From positions 5,299 through 69,298 of the forward strand of contig CAZXZW010000002.1 of NCBI GenBank assembly GCA_964645745.1: DNA of 64,000 nt, given 5' to 3'. The position numbers and the translations under genes were made by a program. Numbering within the stretch: position 1 is the first letter of the stretch; the number at the start of each line of letters is the position of its first letter. The notes under the pieces were generated by a model, which worked only from the letters and a program-made list of their open reading frames with translations, had not been told where the DNA came from and did not search any database. This document shows positions 38,284 through 47,462 of this stretch, piece after piece. This stretch comes from an uncultured Bdellovibrio sp. GTDB taxonomy: Bacteria > Bdellovibrionota > Bdellovibrionia > Bdellovibrionales > Bdellovibrionaceae.

Positions 38284-39535
38284 TTTTACGTCCTTTGATA
38301 TTTTTTAATTCTTCCGCGGTTAAAGCCCCATCTTGATGGAAGTATCCAGCGGCTTTTTTAGCTTCCATTTCTACTGAAGCATCACCAGGGATAAGTCCTT
38401 CTGGAATTGAAATACGATTCACGACTTCGATGCCACTTTTAACGATGGCTTCGTATTTCATGTTACTCATTGAATGAAGATTATGAATTTTTTGAATACC
38501 GAAGAATTGAAGAATGTCTGGCATAAATTCTTGGAAGCGAGCATCTTCAACACCGGCTACACATTCTGTGCGACGGAAATAAGTGGCCGCTGTGTCTCCA
38601 CCTTCTTGACGTTTACGAGCATTGTAAACCAAAAATTTTGTTACTTCGCCCAGAGCGCGGCCTTCTTTGCGGTAGTAAGCGATAAAGCCGACTCCACCAC
38701 GTTGAGCCGTGCGAACAGCATCTTCGATTCCGTACATCAAATAAGGACGGCAAGTACAGATGTCAGATCCGAATACGTCTGAACCATTACATTCATCATG
38801 AACACGGCAAGTTAATTCAATTTCAGGTTTTGCTAAGTGTTTTGCATCGCCGAAAATATAAACTGTCGTACTACCGATAGGTGGTAACCAAGTTTTTAAA
38901 TCACGACGAGTAATAAGTTCTGCGTACATACCGCCAGTTTCTTGGAATAAGATACGGCGAAGATCACCTTCATCAACATTCAAGCGCTGTGCAATTCCCG
39001 GTAAATACCAAACAGGATCCATAGCAACTTTAGTCACTTTGATATCTTTGTTTTCACGAATGATTTTTCCATCGATTTTCAAGCGACCCGCATTGATAGC
39101 GTCTTGGAGTTCAGGAATTTGTAAGTGGGCTTGCGTCACTGAAATAGAAGGGCGGATATCTAATCCTTGATCGTACAAACTTTTAAAATGAATTTGTGGA
39201 TCTAATCCCCAAGGATCGATGCTCACCATTTTTGTAGGATCGTGCCATTGAGGGTAAGGACCAATTTCTACTGGGCTTTGTGTATTGTGTAAATCTGGCT
39301 TATGCGTTGGAGAGAATTTTCCAGCTGCCATTGAAAGTGCGCGATATACAGAATAACTTCCACTGTGAGTTCCGATCGCATTACGAGCTTTCGCATTTGT
39401 TAATGAAGCCACGACCGGTCCACGCTCTAAAGGATCTTTAGCGCCCCAGTTGATTGGTAGTGATTCTTTGTATTTTAGATTTGTGTGTGAAGCTAAAATA
39501 ACATGATTGGATCTATTTTTTGGATCTAGTTTCAT
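38273..39535 (-). CDS. GTP cyclohydrolase II-like protein with a long N-terminal extension (URC1-like)
   Basis: The C-terminal half carries the RibA-type zinc/active-site pattern RVHDECNGSDVFGSDICTCRPYL, YYRKEGRALG and DARFQ. The extra ~230-aa N-terminal domain is typical of URC1 rather than RibA. Confidence 0.8.
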   Translation of the reverse strand: MKLDPKNRSNHVILASHTNLKYKESLPINWGAKDPLERGPVVASLTNAKARNAIGTHSGSYSVYRALSMAAGKFSPTHKPDLHNTQSPVEIGPYPQWHDPTKMVSIDPWGLDPQIHFKSLYDQGLDIRPSISVTQAHLQIPELQDAINAGRLKIDGKIIRENKDIKVTKVAMDPVWYLPGIAQRLNVDEGDLRRILFQETGGMYAELITRRDLKTWLPPIGSTTVYIFGDAKHLAKPEIELTCRVHDECNGSDVFGSDICTCRPYLMYGIEDAVRTAQRGGVGFIAYYRKEGRALGEVTKFLVYNARKRQEGGDTAATYFRRTECVAGVEDARFQEFMPDILQFFGIQKIHNLHSMSNMKYEAIVKSGIEVVNRISIPEGLIPGDASVEMEAKKAAGYFHQDGALTAEELKNIKGRKIEE

Positions 39536-39572
39536 AATTTCCTCTGTGTATTCTTTTCTATTCTAAAATTAA

Positions 39573-41057
39573 TTAAGACATCCAACCTGAGTCGGTTTGT
39601 TTTTCCCATTTCACAGTCACTTTTTTCATGTTTGACCAGAAATCAAGAGAGTGAGCCCCGGTGATATCACCGTGACCATATTTGGAAGCGTTAATTCCAC
39701 CGAAAGAGAATGGCTCACGCGGAACAGGAACGCCAATATTAACGCCGACCATTCCTGTTGAAGCTTCGCGAATCACGCGCTCTGCAAAAGCTCCACTTGA
39801 AGTAAAGATACTGCAAGCATTTCCATATTCGACTGAATTTTCAATTTTGATCGCTTCTGTTAAATCTTTAACGCGTACGATACTTAATACGGGACCGAAT
39901 AATTCTGTCGTTGCAGCATCGCTACCAGGCTTAACATTATCTAAGATAGTTGGACCAATCCAGTTGCCTTCTTCTAATCCCGCAGGAGCTTTAGCTTTGC
40001 GACCATCCAGAAGAATTGTGGCTCCTTCCCTTGAAGCTTTATCGATCATAGTACTTAAGAAGTTCACTTGATCACGTGTGATGATGGCTCCCATCGTATC
40101 ACCTAAAATCATAGAGCTTGCGCGCTCTTTAATTTTATCGATGTGTTGATTAATTTTAGGATCATTGCCAACAGCCAAAACTACGGCTGCGGCCATACAA
40201 CGTTGACCTGCACAACCTGTGAATGAATCAGAAATACCAGAACCACTGATATCAGAATTTGCGTCTGGTAAAAGAATAATATGATTTTTAGCTCCGCCCA
40301 ATGCAAGAACGCGTTTACCTAAACGAGTTCCACGATCATAAACCATGCGAGCAATTTTTGTCGAACCGACAAAGCCGATCGCTTTAATCAGAGAATGATC
40401 AATCAAAGCTTCAACCGTGGGTGCTCCGCCATGAAGAACAGTCATTAAACCTTTTGGAAGACCGGCTTCTTTTAAAGCGTCAGCAATAGCAATGGCTGTT
40501 AAAGGAGTTTTCTCAGAAGGTTTCCACACATAAGCATTTCCTAGAGCTAAGTTGATTGGAATCGTCCACATCGGAACCATAGCTGGAAAATTAAATGGAG
40601 TGATATTTAAAATAACACCTAATGGTTCACGACGGTATTCACAACTGACGCCACGAGATACTTCCATGCGTCCACCGATATCTAAGTTTTGTAATGAAAG
40701 GGCGTATTCTAAAACTTCGATACCTTTCATTAATCCAGCTTTACCTTCTTCAAAAGTTTTTCCAGATTCAGAAGCTTTTAAATGAGAAATTTTATCTAAG
40801 TCGCGCATTAAAATATTACGGAAATTAAAAAGAACACGTGCACGATCTTTCATAGAAACGGCAGCCCAGTCTTTTTGAGCTACAGCAGCGGCTTTGATAG
40901 CTGTATCAATTTGTTCTTGATCAGGTGTTGTCACTTCACCAATCACTTGTTGGTTGTAAGGACTACGTACAGTAAAGTTTCCTGCGCGGCCCGGAATCCA
41001 TTCTCCGTTGATCATACAATTGGCGGCTATTTTTTGTGTTGGTACTTGAGCTTTCAT
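39573..41057 (-). CDS. mmsA: CoA-acylating (methyl)malonate-semialdehyde dehydrogenase
   Basis: Aldehyde dehydrogenase fold with WKPSEKTP, ALGGAKNH and the MMSDH-type catalytic segment FTGCAGQRCMA. Confidence 0.85.
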   Translation of the reverse strand: MKAQVPTQKIAANCMINGEWIPGRAGNFTVRSPYNQQVIGEVTTPDQEQIDTAIKAAAVAQKDWAAVSMKDRARVLFNFRNILMRDLDKISHLKASESGKTFEEGKAGLMKGIEVLEYALSLQNLDIGGRMEVSRGVSCEYRREPLGVILNITPFNFPAMVPMWTIPINLALGNAYVWKPSEKTPLTAIAIADALKEAGLPKGLMTVLHGGAPTVEALIDHSLIKAIGFVGSTKIARMVYDRGTRLGKRVLALGGAKNHIILLPDANSDISGSGISDSFTGCAGQRCMAAAVVLAVGNDPKINQHIDKIKERASSMILGDTMGAIITRDQVNFLSTMIDKASREGATILLDGRKAKAPAGLEEGNWIGPTILDNVKPGSDAATTELFGPVLSIVRVKDLTEAIKIENSVEYGNACSIFTSSGAFAERVIREASTGMVGVNIGVPVPREPFSFGGINASKYGHGDITGAHSLDFWSNMKKVTVKWEKQTDSGWMS

Positions 41058-41168
41058 AAGCTTCTCCTATTTAAAAAACTGAATAGAAAAGTCTAGATTT
41101 TTAACTCTCATTTGTGAAGACGGCACGCATTAAAGTAGGCTTAAAATAGATGATGAAAGTGGGGCAAA

Positions 41169-41618
41169 ATGGGCTTTTTATTTATATTACTTTTTCCGAC
41201 TTTATTATGGGCTGAAAAACCTGCTAAAAAAGAGATTCCATTGTGGATTTGCGACGGCTTTGTCAAAGGTTACGACGAATCAGTACCAGTAGATCAAGAT
41301 CGCTTTAAAACCTTAAAGACATTTAAACTTGAAGAGTCATTTAAAAATACGAATACAGTCGCTACTCAGTTTTCAGTAGAAAATCACGAATTTGCAGTAA
41401 GTTTTGTTTTTAATGCTAAAGGCCGATCATCCATGTTTGATGAAAAGATAGAATCTGAAGGCGTGAGCATGTCTGTGTCTGTTAATGGCAAAGGCTTTGG
41501 CGGAAGTAGTTTTCAAGTTATGGACGGAGCCGTTTTACCTAAAATGATTGGATTACGTACTGATTTAGAATATGACAAAAAAGATTATTACGTGCGAATG
41601 ATCTGTAAAAAGAAATAA
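41169..41618 (+). CDS. Secreted hypothetical protein (149 aa)
   Basis: Signal peptide MGFLFILLFPTLLWA. No motif recognised. Confidence 0.5.
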   Translation: MGFLFILLFPTLLWAEKPAKKEIPLWICDGFVKGYDESVPVDQDRFKTLKTFKLEESFKNTNTVATQFSVENHEFAVSFVFNAKGRSSMFDEKIESEGVSMSVSVNGKGFGGSSFQVMDGAVLPKMIGLRTDLEYDKKDYYVRMICKKK

Positions 41619-41623
41619 AAAAT

Positions 41624-42550
41624 ATGACACGCATTTATCAAGAAATTGAAACATTCCTGGAGTCCAAACAAAAATTGATCGATCTAGGGCACCAAGTTGA
41701 AACCCTTGATGGGCATGGCTTTGCGATCTGCGGAAATAAATCAGACCGTTTAGATTTATTAATTACAGGCTTGATGCATGGTAATGAAGTGATCGGAATC
41801 GAAGTGATTAATCGAATTATTAGTTATTTTATCAAAAATAAAGAAATTAATATTAATCTAGGATTATTGCTTTGTAATTTAGAAGCAGCTAAGCAAGACG
41901 TACGATTTATTGAAAGTGATTTGAATCGAAGTTTTTCAGTAGCTGAAGTTAAAACGCTTGAACACCGCCGAGCTGTAGAAATTGCAAAAATAGTCGATCA
42001 AGCTGATTTTGTTTTTGATCTTCATCAAACAGTTGAGCCTTCGTTAACGCCATTTTTTGTGATTGAACACAATCACGAATTGATTCAAATCGCGAATCAA
42101 TTATTACCGCAGTTTCCAGTTGTCACTTTTGGGGCCGGAGGTTTTTCTAAATCAGGAAAAACGATGTTAGAGTATTCTTCTTCAAAAAAAATCAAAGCGA
42201 TGGTTATAGAATGTGGACAAAAAGGTTTTTCCATGGAGCTTTCCGAAAAAGTGGCTGAGGGCTGTTTAGAATTGGTAAAAACTTTAAAAACAACAGAGAT
42301 AAAAAAACCAAAAGACATTTCTGTACTACACCTAGTAAATTCGATTACCAACATGGGAAATACACATTTAGTTCCGGGTTTAGTCAGTTACTTACCAATT
42401 AAACAAGGACAAGTTTTAGCTCACGAAGGAGTGATAGAAATTAAGGCCCCTTTTGACGGCCGCTTAATTTTCCCAAGTTATGGAGAAAAAGCTCGGACGA
42501 ATCACGAGCTTTGTAATTTGGGTCGAATTATTAATTATACAGATATTTAG
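41624..42550 (+). CDS. Succinylglutamate desuccinylase/aspartoacylase (AstE/AspA) family zinc hydrolase
   Basis: LLITGLMHGNEVIG (HxxE zinc site), DLNRSF, DLHQT. Confidence 0.75.
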   Translation: MTRIYQEIETFLESKQKLIDLGHQVETLDGHGFAICGNKSDRLDLLITGLMHGNEVIGIEVINRIISYFIKNKEININLGLLLCNLEAAKQDVRFIESDLNRSFSVAEVKTLEHRRAVEIAKIVDQADFVFDLHQTVEPSLTPFFVIEHNHELIQIANQLLPQFPVVTFGAGGFSKSGKTMLEYSSSKKIKAMVIECGQKGFSMELSEKVAEGCLELVKTLKTTEIKKPKDISVLHLVNSITNMGNTHLVPGLVSYLPIKQGQVLAHEGVIEIKAPFDGRLIFPSYGEKARTNHELCNLGRIINYTDI

Positions 42551-44083
42551 TTACGGTTCTTCTGGAGCTTCTAAAATACTTTGCGTATTTCTTTGAATAA
42601 CCATGATACCGGGGCCCGAAGACGGCGCTCCTGGAATAGCGTAATCACGAGGAGAAAGAGCCGTTAAGACACCTGTAATTTTATTCACAGAGAAGGCGCT
42701 GACTGAGGCTGGATTTCTTGAATTACAAGTGTACGCATAATTTCCTGTCGTATCGATACGAACATCGTTAGGTCCTCCGCCAGTATCAACATTAGATACG
42801 CGATTCAATCCACCAGTTGTTTGATCAATAGAGTATGTTACGATTTTTTTCGGATCTCCTGCCGCTGTAGAGAAGGCTGTTCCGTATAAAAACAGTCCAT
42901 CATCAGAGACAGTTGAAGCTGATCCTCCGTTATCATTAAACGGAGTCGGCGAGTTATTCGCAATGGGAGCTTCCACTGGAGTTAATGATCCTGATGTTTG
43001 ATCGATCGACCAAACTGAGATCTTGTGGATGTTCACTAAACCCATGTAAAGCCATTTACCATTCGGGTGAATTGAAATTCCATCTCCTGGGTTTGAAGTG
43101 TCTCCACCTAGTGTATTGATAAAAGGAGTTCCAGGAATTGAAGTTAAGAAACCTGTTGTGGGATCAATTGTGAATGCGGCCACACCGCCATTTCCACCCA
43201 TAGCAGCTGCGTATAAAAAGCGTCCATCAGAACTAATAACAACTCCGTTGATGGTTGAAGCGCCAGTCGTAGGGAAAGTAGCTGGCATCGTAGTAAGAGT
43301 TCCGTTATTTGCGACGTAAAATCCAGTGATGTCATTTGTTGTTTGGTTGGTGACGTAAACATAACGACCACTTGGATGGAAGAAAAGTCCATTTGGTGAT
43401 CCACCGCCTGAAGAAATGGGTGCACCTAGCGAAACTAATTTTCCTGTTTCAGGTGTAATAGAAAATGCAGAAACAGTTCCGGTAGAAACGTTGGCTGCGT
43501 AAATGTATTTATTATTTGGATGGATCACTACGCCGTATGTTCCGACATGACCAGCAATCGAGAAAGGACTACCGACGATATTCAACAACGCTCCGGTTGT
43601 GGGATGTTGAGCATAGCCGTAAACTTTTCCTGGATTTTCTTGCGAGCCTAAATATAAAAATGAAGCGTAAGAAAATTGAAGTGTTGTAGGATCTGTTACA
43701 GATTCATCTAAAACGGAAGCTTTTCCGTCGAAGTTAACTACTTTGATATCGTAAACACCATTTTGTCCTGGTCCCACGACACATGAAATTTTTTCGAAAT
43801 CGTCGCTAATCACCGTTTCTAAACATGGATAGTTTCCGACGTAAACTTTTGCTTTTTTGAAAAAATTTTTCCCAGTGACTTCTAAAGGACAGCCACCAGA
43901 AATACTGCAATAAAAAGCTCCGCCATTATTAACTTTGATGGTTTTAACAATCGCTTGCGGCAAATCGCCTGGAGCGAAACTTTCTTCAGTTGACTCATTG
44001 CCTGCACAATTCGAGATAAGCAAAACTGAACTCATTAGTCCACTGACTAAAAGCAGTTTCTTTAGTTTTTTTTGTAAAGTCAT
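42551..44083 (-). CDS. Exported protein: IPT/TIG-like domain plus lactonase-type 7-bladed beta-propeller
   Basis: Signal/lipoprotein-like N-terminus (LLISNCAG). An N-terminal Ig-like segment (CPLEVTGKNF ... YDIKVVNFDG). Repeated blades of the form HPNGKYIY / DGRFLY ... V(S/A)AF(S/T)I(D/T)P.TG.L. Confidence 0.65.
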   Translation of the reverse strand: MTLQKKLKKLLLVSGLMSSVLLISNCAGNESTEESFAPGDLPQAIVKTIKVNNGGAFYCSISGGCPLEVTGKNFFKKAKVYVGNYPCLETVISDDFEKISCVVGPGQNGVYDIKVVNFDGKASVLDESVTDPTTLQFSYASFLYLGSQENPGKVYGYAQHPTTGALLNIVGSPFSIAGHVGTYGVVIHPNNKYIYAANVSTGTVSAFSITPETGKLVSLGAPISSGGGSPNGLFFHPSGRYVYVTNQTTNDITGFYVANNGTLTTMPATFPTTGASTINGVVISSDGRFLYAAAMGGNGGVAAFTIDPTTGFLTSIPGTPFINTLGGDTSNPGDGISIHPNGKWLYMGLVNIHKISVWSIDQTSGSLTPVEAPIANNSPTPFNDNGGSASTVSDDGLFLYGTAFSTAAGDPKKIVTYSIDQTTGGLNRVSNVDTGGGPNDVRIDTTGNYAYTCNSRNPASVSAFSVNKITGVLTALSPRDYAIPGAPSSGPGIMVIQRNTQSILEAPEEP

Positions 44084-44085
44084 TT

Positions 44086-44688
44086 TTAGCGGCCTCTTCC
44101 TGTTCCCGCGAAGTTAGAGAAGACGATCCCCAACCCAATACGATCCCATTTAATATTTCCACTCGCTAAACTCTCGTTGAATTCACCCGTTGTATAATCA
44201 ATAACGAAACCGATTCTTTTTTTAAGTTGGCGCATGTACTGAACACTGAAGCCCGTACCTTTATAAGTTGCACTCACTCCGGCCGCAGTTTGTTTTTCTA
44301 ACGTATATGTTGTTGATGCGTGATATACAGCACCGAAAGCATTTTTACCGTCGTAGTATTCTAAACGAAGACCGATAGAATTTCCTGTACCGCTTGTATT
44401 CGTGTTAGCGACTTCAGCTGGATCTGTGTTTTGGCTCGACATCATGTATTCGTAGTTCAAACCTAAACGGAATTTTTTCATATTCACGCCGGCAAAAAGG
44501 GCTACAGGAATATAAGTCATATCACGCTCAGGCGCATCAGCCAGGCCGTTCCCCATTTTACCTTTTCCCGCCATCAACATGGCACCAGCAGAAAATCTTG
44601 GAGGTTGGCTCTGGGCAAAAGCTTCTGTCGTTACCAAACAGCTAAGAACGAATAATATAGTAACCAAATAGTGTAGTTTTTTTAACAT
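44086..44688 (-). CDS. Putative outer-membrane beta-barrel protein
   Basis: Signal peptide ending EAFAQ. Alternating hydrophobic beta-strand pattern with Gly/Tyr-rich turns. Confidence 0.4.
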   Translation of the reverse strand: MLKKLHYLVTILFVLSCLVTTEAFAQSQPPRFSAGAMLMAGKGKMGNGLADAPERDMTYIPVALFAGVNMKKFRLGLNYEYMMSSQNTDPAEVANTNTSGTGNSIGLRLEYYDGKNAFGAVYHASTTYTLEKQTAAGVSATYKGTGFSVQYMRQLKKRIGFVIDYTTGEFNESLASGNIKWDRIGLGIVFSNFAGTGRGR

Positions 44689-44925
44689 GATAGCTCCTCA
44701 TCAATTTTGCTCATACTGTATTTATTATAATTGAAAAATGGCGAAAGTTTAAGAGTGTGCGTCTCAGATTAGGACCTACGGCTGCTCTATATTAGCTATA
44801 GACAATTTTTTTCTGAATAATTTTCAATGTAATTTCATGAGCTTGTCTCTGTAAAAAGACTCTCTTAACATGCGTTTTGTTCGATCTGACGAGTTATATT
44901 ACGTCTGAAAGCAAAGGGGTTCTTT

Positions 44926-45609
44926 GTGAAAGCTTTTTTATTTTTATTATGTGCATTACTAGCGACATCTTCGTTCGCTCAAAATATTGATCACGATGAA
45001 GACCCAAATGTTGCACCTGCAGATTATGTAGCACGTCCTTTTGTCGAGTCGGATTTCAACACACAACCTTGGTTGAAAGAATTCACAAATGTGATCGTGA
45101 TTAACAAAGCTAATTCTGGAAAAGACAAACAAACTTTGCGTGTTTATGTGAATGGTAAATTAAGCAACATCACACGCATTTCCAGTGGCCGTGAAACTTT
45201 TGAAAAAGGATGTTCGAAAGGACAAGATCCTAAAAAAGATCACTGCTCGAACCGCGCATACTGGTCACAAACTCCAACAGGTTATTTTGATATCGATGAG
45301 TTAGTTGAAAATTATTTTTCTAACTTGTGGCAAACATGGATGCCTTACGCAGTATTCTTTGAAGCTGGTATTGCAACACATCAAGCTCCAGGTGGAACTG
45401 AGGGCAATTTAGGATCACGTGCATCGGGTGGTTGTGTGAGAATGCATCCAAGCCAAGCTCCTGTTCTTTATGCTATGGTGAAAAATGCCGGAAAAGGTTT
45501 AGTGCCTAAATTTAATCGTAAAGGTGAAGTTTTAAAAACTGCTCAGGGTGATGTTATTCGTTGGCAAGGCTATAAAAGTTTAGTTATTGTTCATAACACA
45601 ATAAAGTAA
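44926..45609 (+). CDS. L,D-transpeptidase (YkuD domain)
   Basis: GTG start, signal peptide, catalytic motif HQAPGGTEGNLGSRASGGCVRMH. Confidence 0.8.
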   Translation: MKAFLFLLCALLATSSFAQNIDHDEDPNVAPADYVARPFVESDFNTQPWLKEFTNVIVINKANSGKDKQTLRVYVNGKLSNITRISSGRETFEKGCSKGQDPKKDHCSNRAYWSQTPTGYFDIDELVENYFSNLWQTWMPYAVFFEAGIATHQAPGGTEGNLGSRASGGCVRMHPSQAPVLYAMVKNAGKGLVPKFNRKGEVLKTAQGDVIRWQGYKSLVIVHNTIK

Positions 45610-45637
45610 ACCATTAGGTTTAGAGAGTCTTATATAC

Positions 45638-46294
45638 ATGAACACGTTACCTGATTTATTGAAAGTACCTGAACAAGATCGCAATTTTGCTTGGGAAGAA
45701 AAGTTTTTTAAAAAGTTCTCTGACGAACAGGTTCGTTTACTTTCAAAAGATCCTCAACAGGGCCCAGACGGTTGGCCTTATCTGATTTGTGAAACATTCG
45801 GTAAAGACACGGACGAAGCTCATGAAGTCGAAACAACACAAAAATTATTTTTCTGGTTATCAACTAAAGGTATCGGCTTAGTCGTTAATCCTCGTCGTGA
45901 ACCATATCCTGACTACGTTTTCTCATACGGTATGATTTGGTCTTTCCGTGAAACAGGATATTTCTTACGACCTGACCTTGCTAATAAGTCTGGAGAAGCA
46001 GCTTACGAAAACAATAAGATCACGACCGGTGTACCGACAGAACAGTTCTTACCGTTGTACGTTCGTAAAGTATTAAAAGATTTCTTCCGTGACCAATCTG
46101 TATTGGCTCCGAAAGTCTTGATGGTTTCACAAGACGGAACAAATTATGACTTATGCTTTTCATTGGAATCTTTAGGAAATCCTCCAGCGAAAGAACATGC
46201 TGGAGTGGCTGAAGCCATAGCGTGGTTCTTACCACCACACTATTCAATTGTATTGATCAGCGAAAAAGACTTACCAGCCTTCGTCGCTCTCTAA
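45638..46294 (+). CDS. Hypothetical cytoplasmic protein (218 aa)
   Basis: ORF with normal composition and no signal peptide. No motif recognised. Confidence 0.5.
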   Translation: MNTLPDLLKVPEQDRNFAWEEKFFKKFSDEQVRLLSKDPQQGPDGWPYLICETFGKDTDEAHEVETTQKLFFWLSTKGIGLVVNPRREPYPDYVFSYGMIWSFRETGYFLRPDLANKSGEAAYENNKITTGVPTEQFLPLYVRKVLKDFFRDQSVLAPKVLMVSQDGTNYDLCFSLESLGNPPAKEHAGVAEAIAWFLPPHYSIVLISEKDLPAFVAL

Positions 46295-46827
46295 TTACTT
46301 CGTCGGTAACATATCCATTAGACATTCACGCCAGTATTCCGGAGAATCGCTGCTGTAGTCCACGGCGATCAGGAATCCTTTTTTGCCTAAGAATTTAGTA
46401 CGGGCTACTTTACCCGAAATTTCTAAATCCATTTCGTGAATATTAAAGAAAACTTCTTTTCCGATAAGTTGATCAATAGTTAAATTAGCACGTAAGTCTT
46501 TACTTACGAAATCTTCGCGTTGGATGCAGATCAAAATCCCTGTAGCAGACGCTTCAACGATTTCACCGTATTTAGCGAGCTTCTCTAAGTTCTCCATGGA
46601 AGAAATAGAATCCAACGTCAACTTAGCTTCATCTTTATTAATCTCTTTACGTAATGCAGATCTGTATTTATCTCTCATTGCATTTTGTTTTTTTGCAGCT
46701 GACATATTTCAGGCCTTTCTTCTAGTTCGTTACCACATTTCTCGGCAAGCCATGGACCAAAGTAAAGTGTTTATTGGAATTTAAATATTTTTTTCCTTTA
46801 ATCAAAGATAAATTCTCACTTTGAGAC
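46278..46827. repeat. Copy A of a direct segmental repeat (3' tip of the 218-aa gene, the intact PilZ-like gene and its promoter region)
   Basis: Aligned by eye to 48781-49022. Blocks 46278-46288, 46430-46453 and 46625-46827 match copy B at roughly 85-90% identity. Confidence 0.8.
46295..46705 (-). CDS. PilZ-like domain protein (candidate c-di-GMP receptor)
   Basis: RSALR (RxxxR) near the N-terminus and EASATG (D/NxSxxG-like) about 40 aa later. 136 aa. Confidence 0.45.
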   Translation of the reverse strand: MSAAKKQNAMRDKYRSALRKEINKDEAKLTLDSISSMENLEKLAKYGEIVEASATGILICIQREDFVSKDLRANLTIDQLIGKEVFFNIHEMDLEISGKVARTKFLGKKGFLIAVDYSSDSPEYWRECLMDMLPTK

Positions 46828-46928
46828 GTATACTTTAGGTCATTAATCGATTGTTTATACAATCTAGACTAGGGCACAAATTTGAGTCAGACGAATCTTT
46901 AATTAAACAATAAACGAAAGGAATGTTT

Positions 46929-47462
46929 ATGAAACATTTATTAATCTGTGTATCTGTACTGGCTGCTGTTTCGATATCTTCAGCTAAAAGTTTTAAAACA
47001 ATGGAGTCAGGAAAAAGAAATCCAGCTCAAACTGGAAATGTAGGACCTGCCGGTGTAAAAGTAGAAATTCCGGCCTCTGCCGTTTGTAAATTTTTAGTGA
47101 ACGGTTCTGGCGGACCTGAACAAAATATTCCTCTTAACATCACAGGAAGTGAACCGACAGGAGATTTTGAAGTGGATACTAAAGCTGACTTAGGTGGCGG
47201 CAGCGGCATCCAGGCTAAAATTAGCATAAGACAAATTGATGGCGCTATGTATGGTTCAACTCTCTGGTTAACAGATGACGTGACAGGTGTTCAAACTCTT
47301 GAACAAGATTTTATTAATTTTCCTGCAAAGACGCAATCAAGTAGTATTTCAGCGATGTTACTTTTCTCAAAAAGTACACGTGAAATCACTTTTGGCGGGA
47401 AAAAATTACCCTTTTATAATGTCCAACTCATTTGCTCTTTAGAAAGAAAAAAATCTATTTAG
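46929..47462 (+). CDS. Secreted hypothetical protein (about 177 aa)
   Basis: Signal peptide MKHLLICVSVLAAVSISSA. AGGA lies upstream of the second ATG. Confidence 0.5.
   Translation: MKHLLICVSVLAAVSISSAKSFKTMESGKRNPAQTGNVGPAGVKVEIPASAVCKFLVNGSGGPEQNIPLNITGSEPTGDFEVDTKADLGGGSGIQAKISIRQIDGAMYGSTLWLTDDVTGVQTLEQDFINFPAKTQSSSISAMLLFSKSTREITFGGKKLPFYNVQLICSLERKKSI

Noticed and set aside
39682-41096. Plus-strand ORFs (39682-40071, 40552-40785, 40875-41096) opposite the aldehyde dehydrogenase gene. Similar antisense ORFs lie at 37226-37468, 37913-38125 and 38474-38782 opposite the URC-like genes.
   Set aside because: They are shadow ORFs of well-supported minus-strand genes with no motifs.
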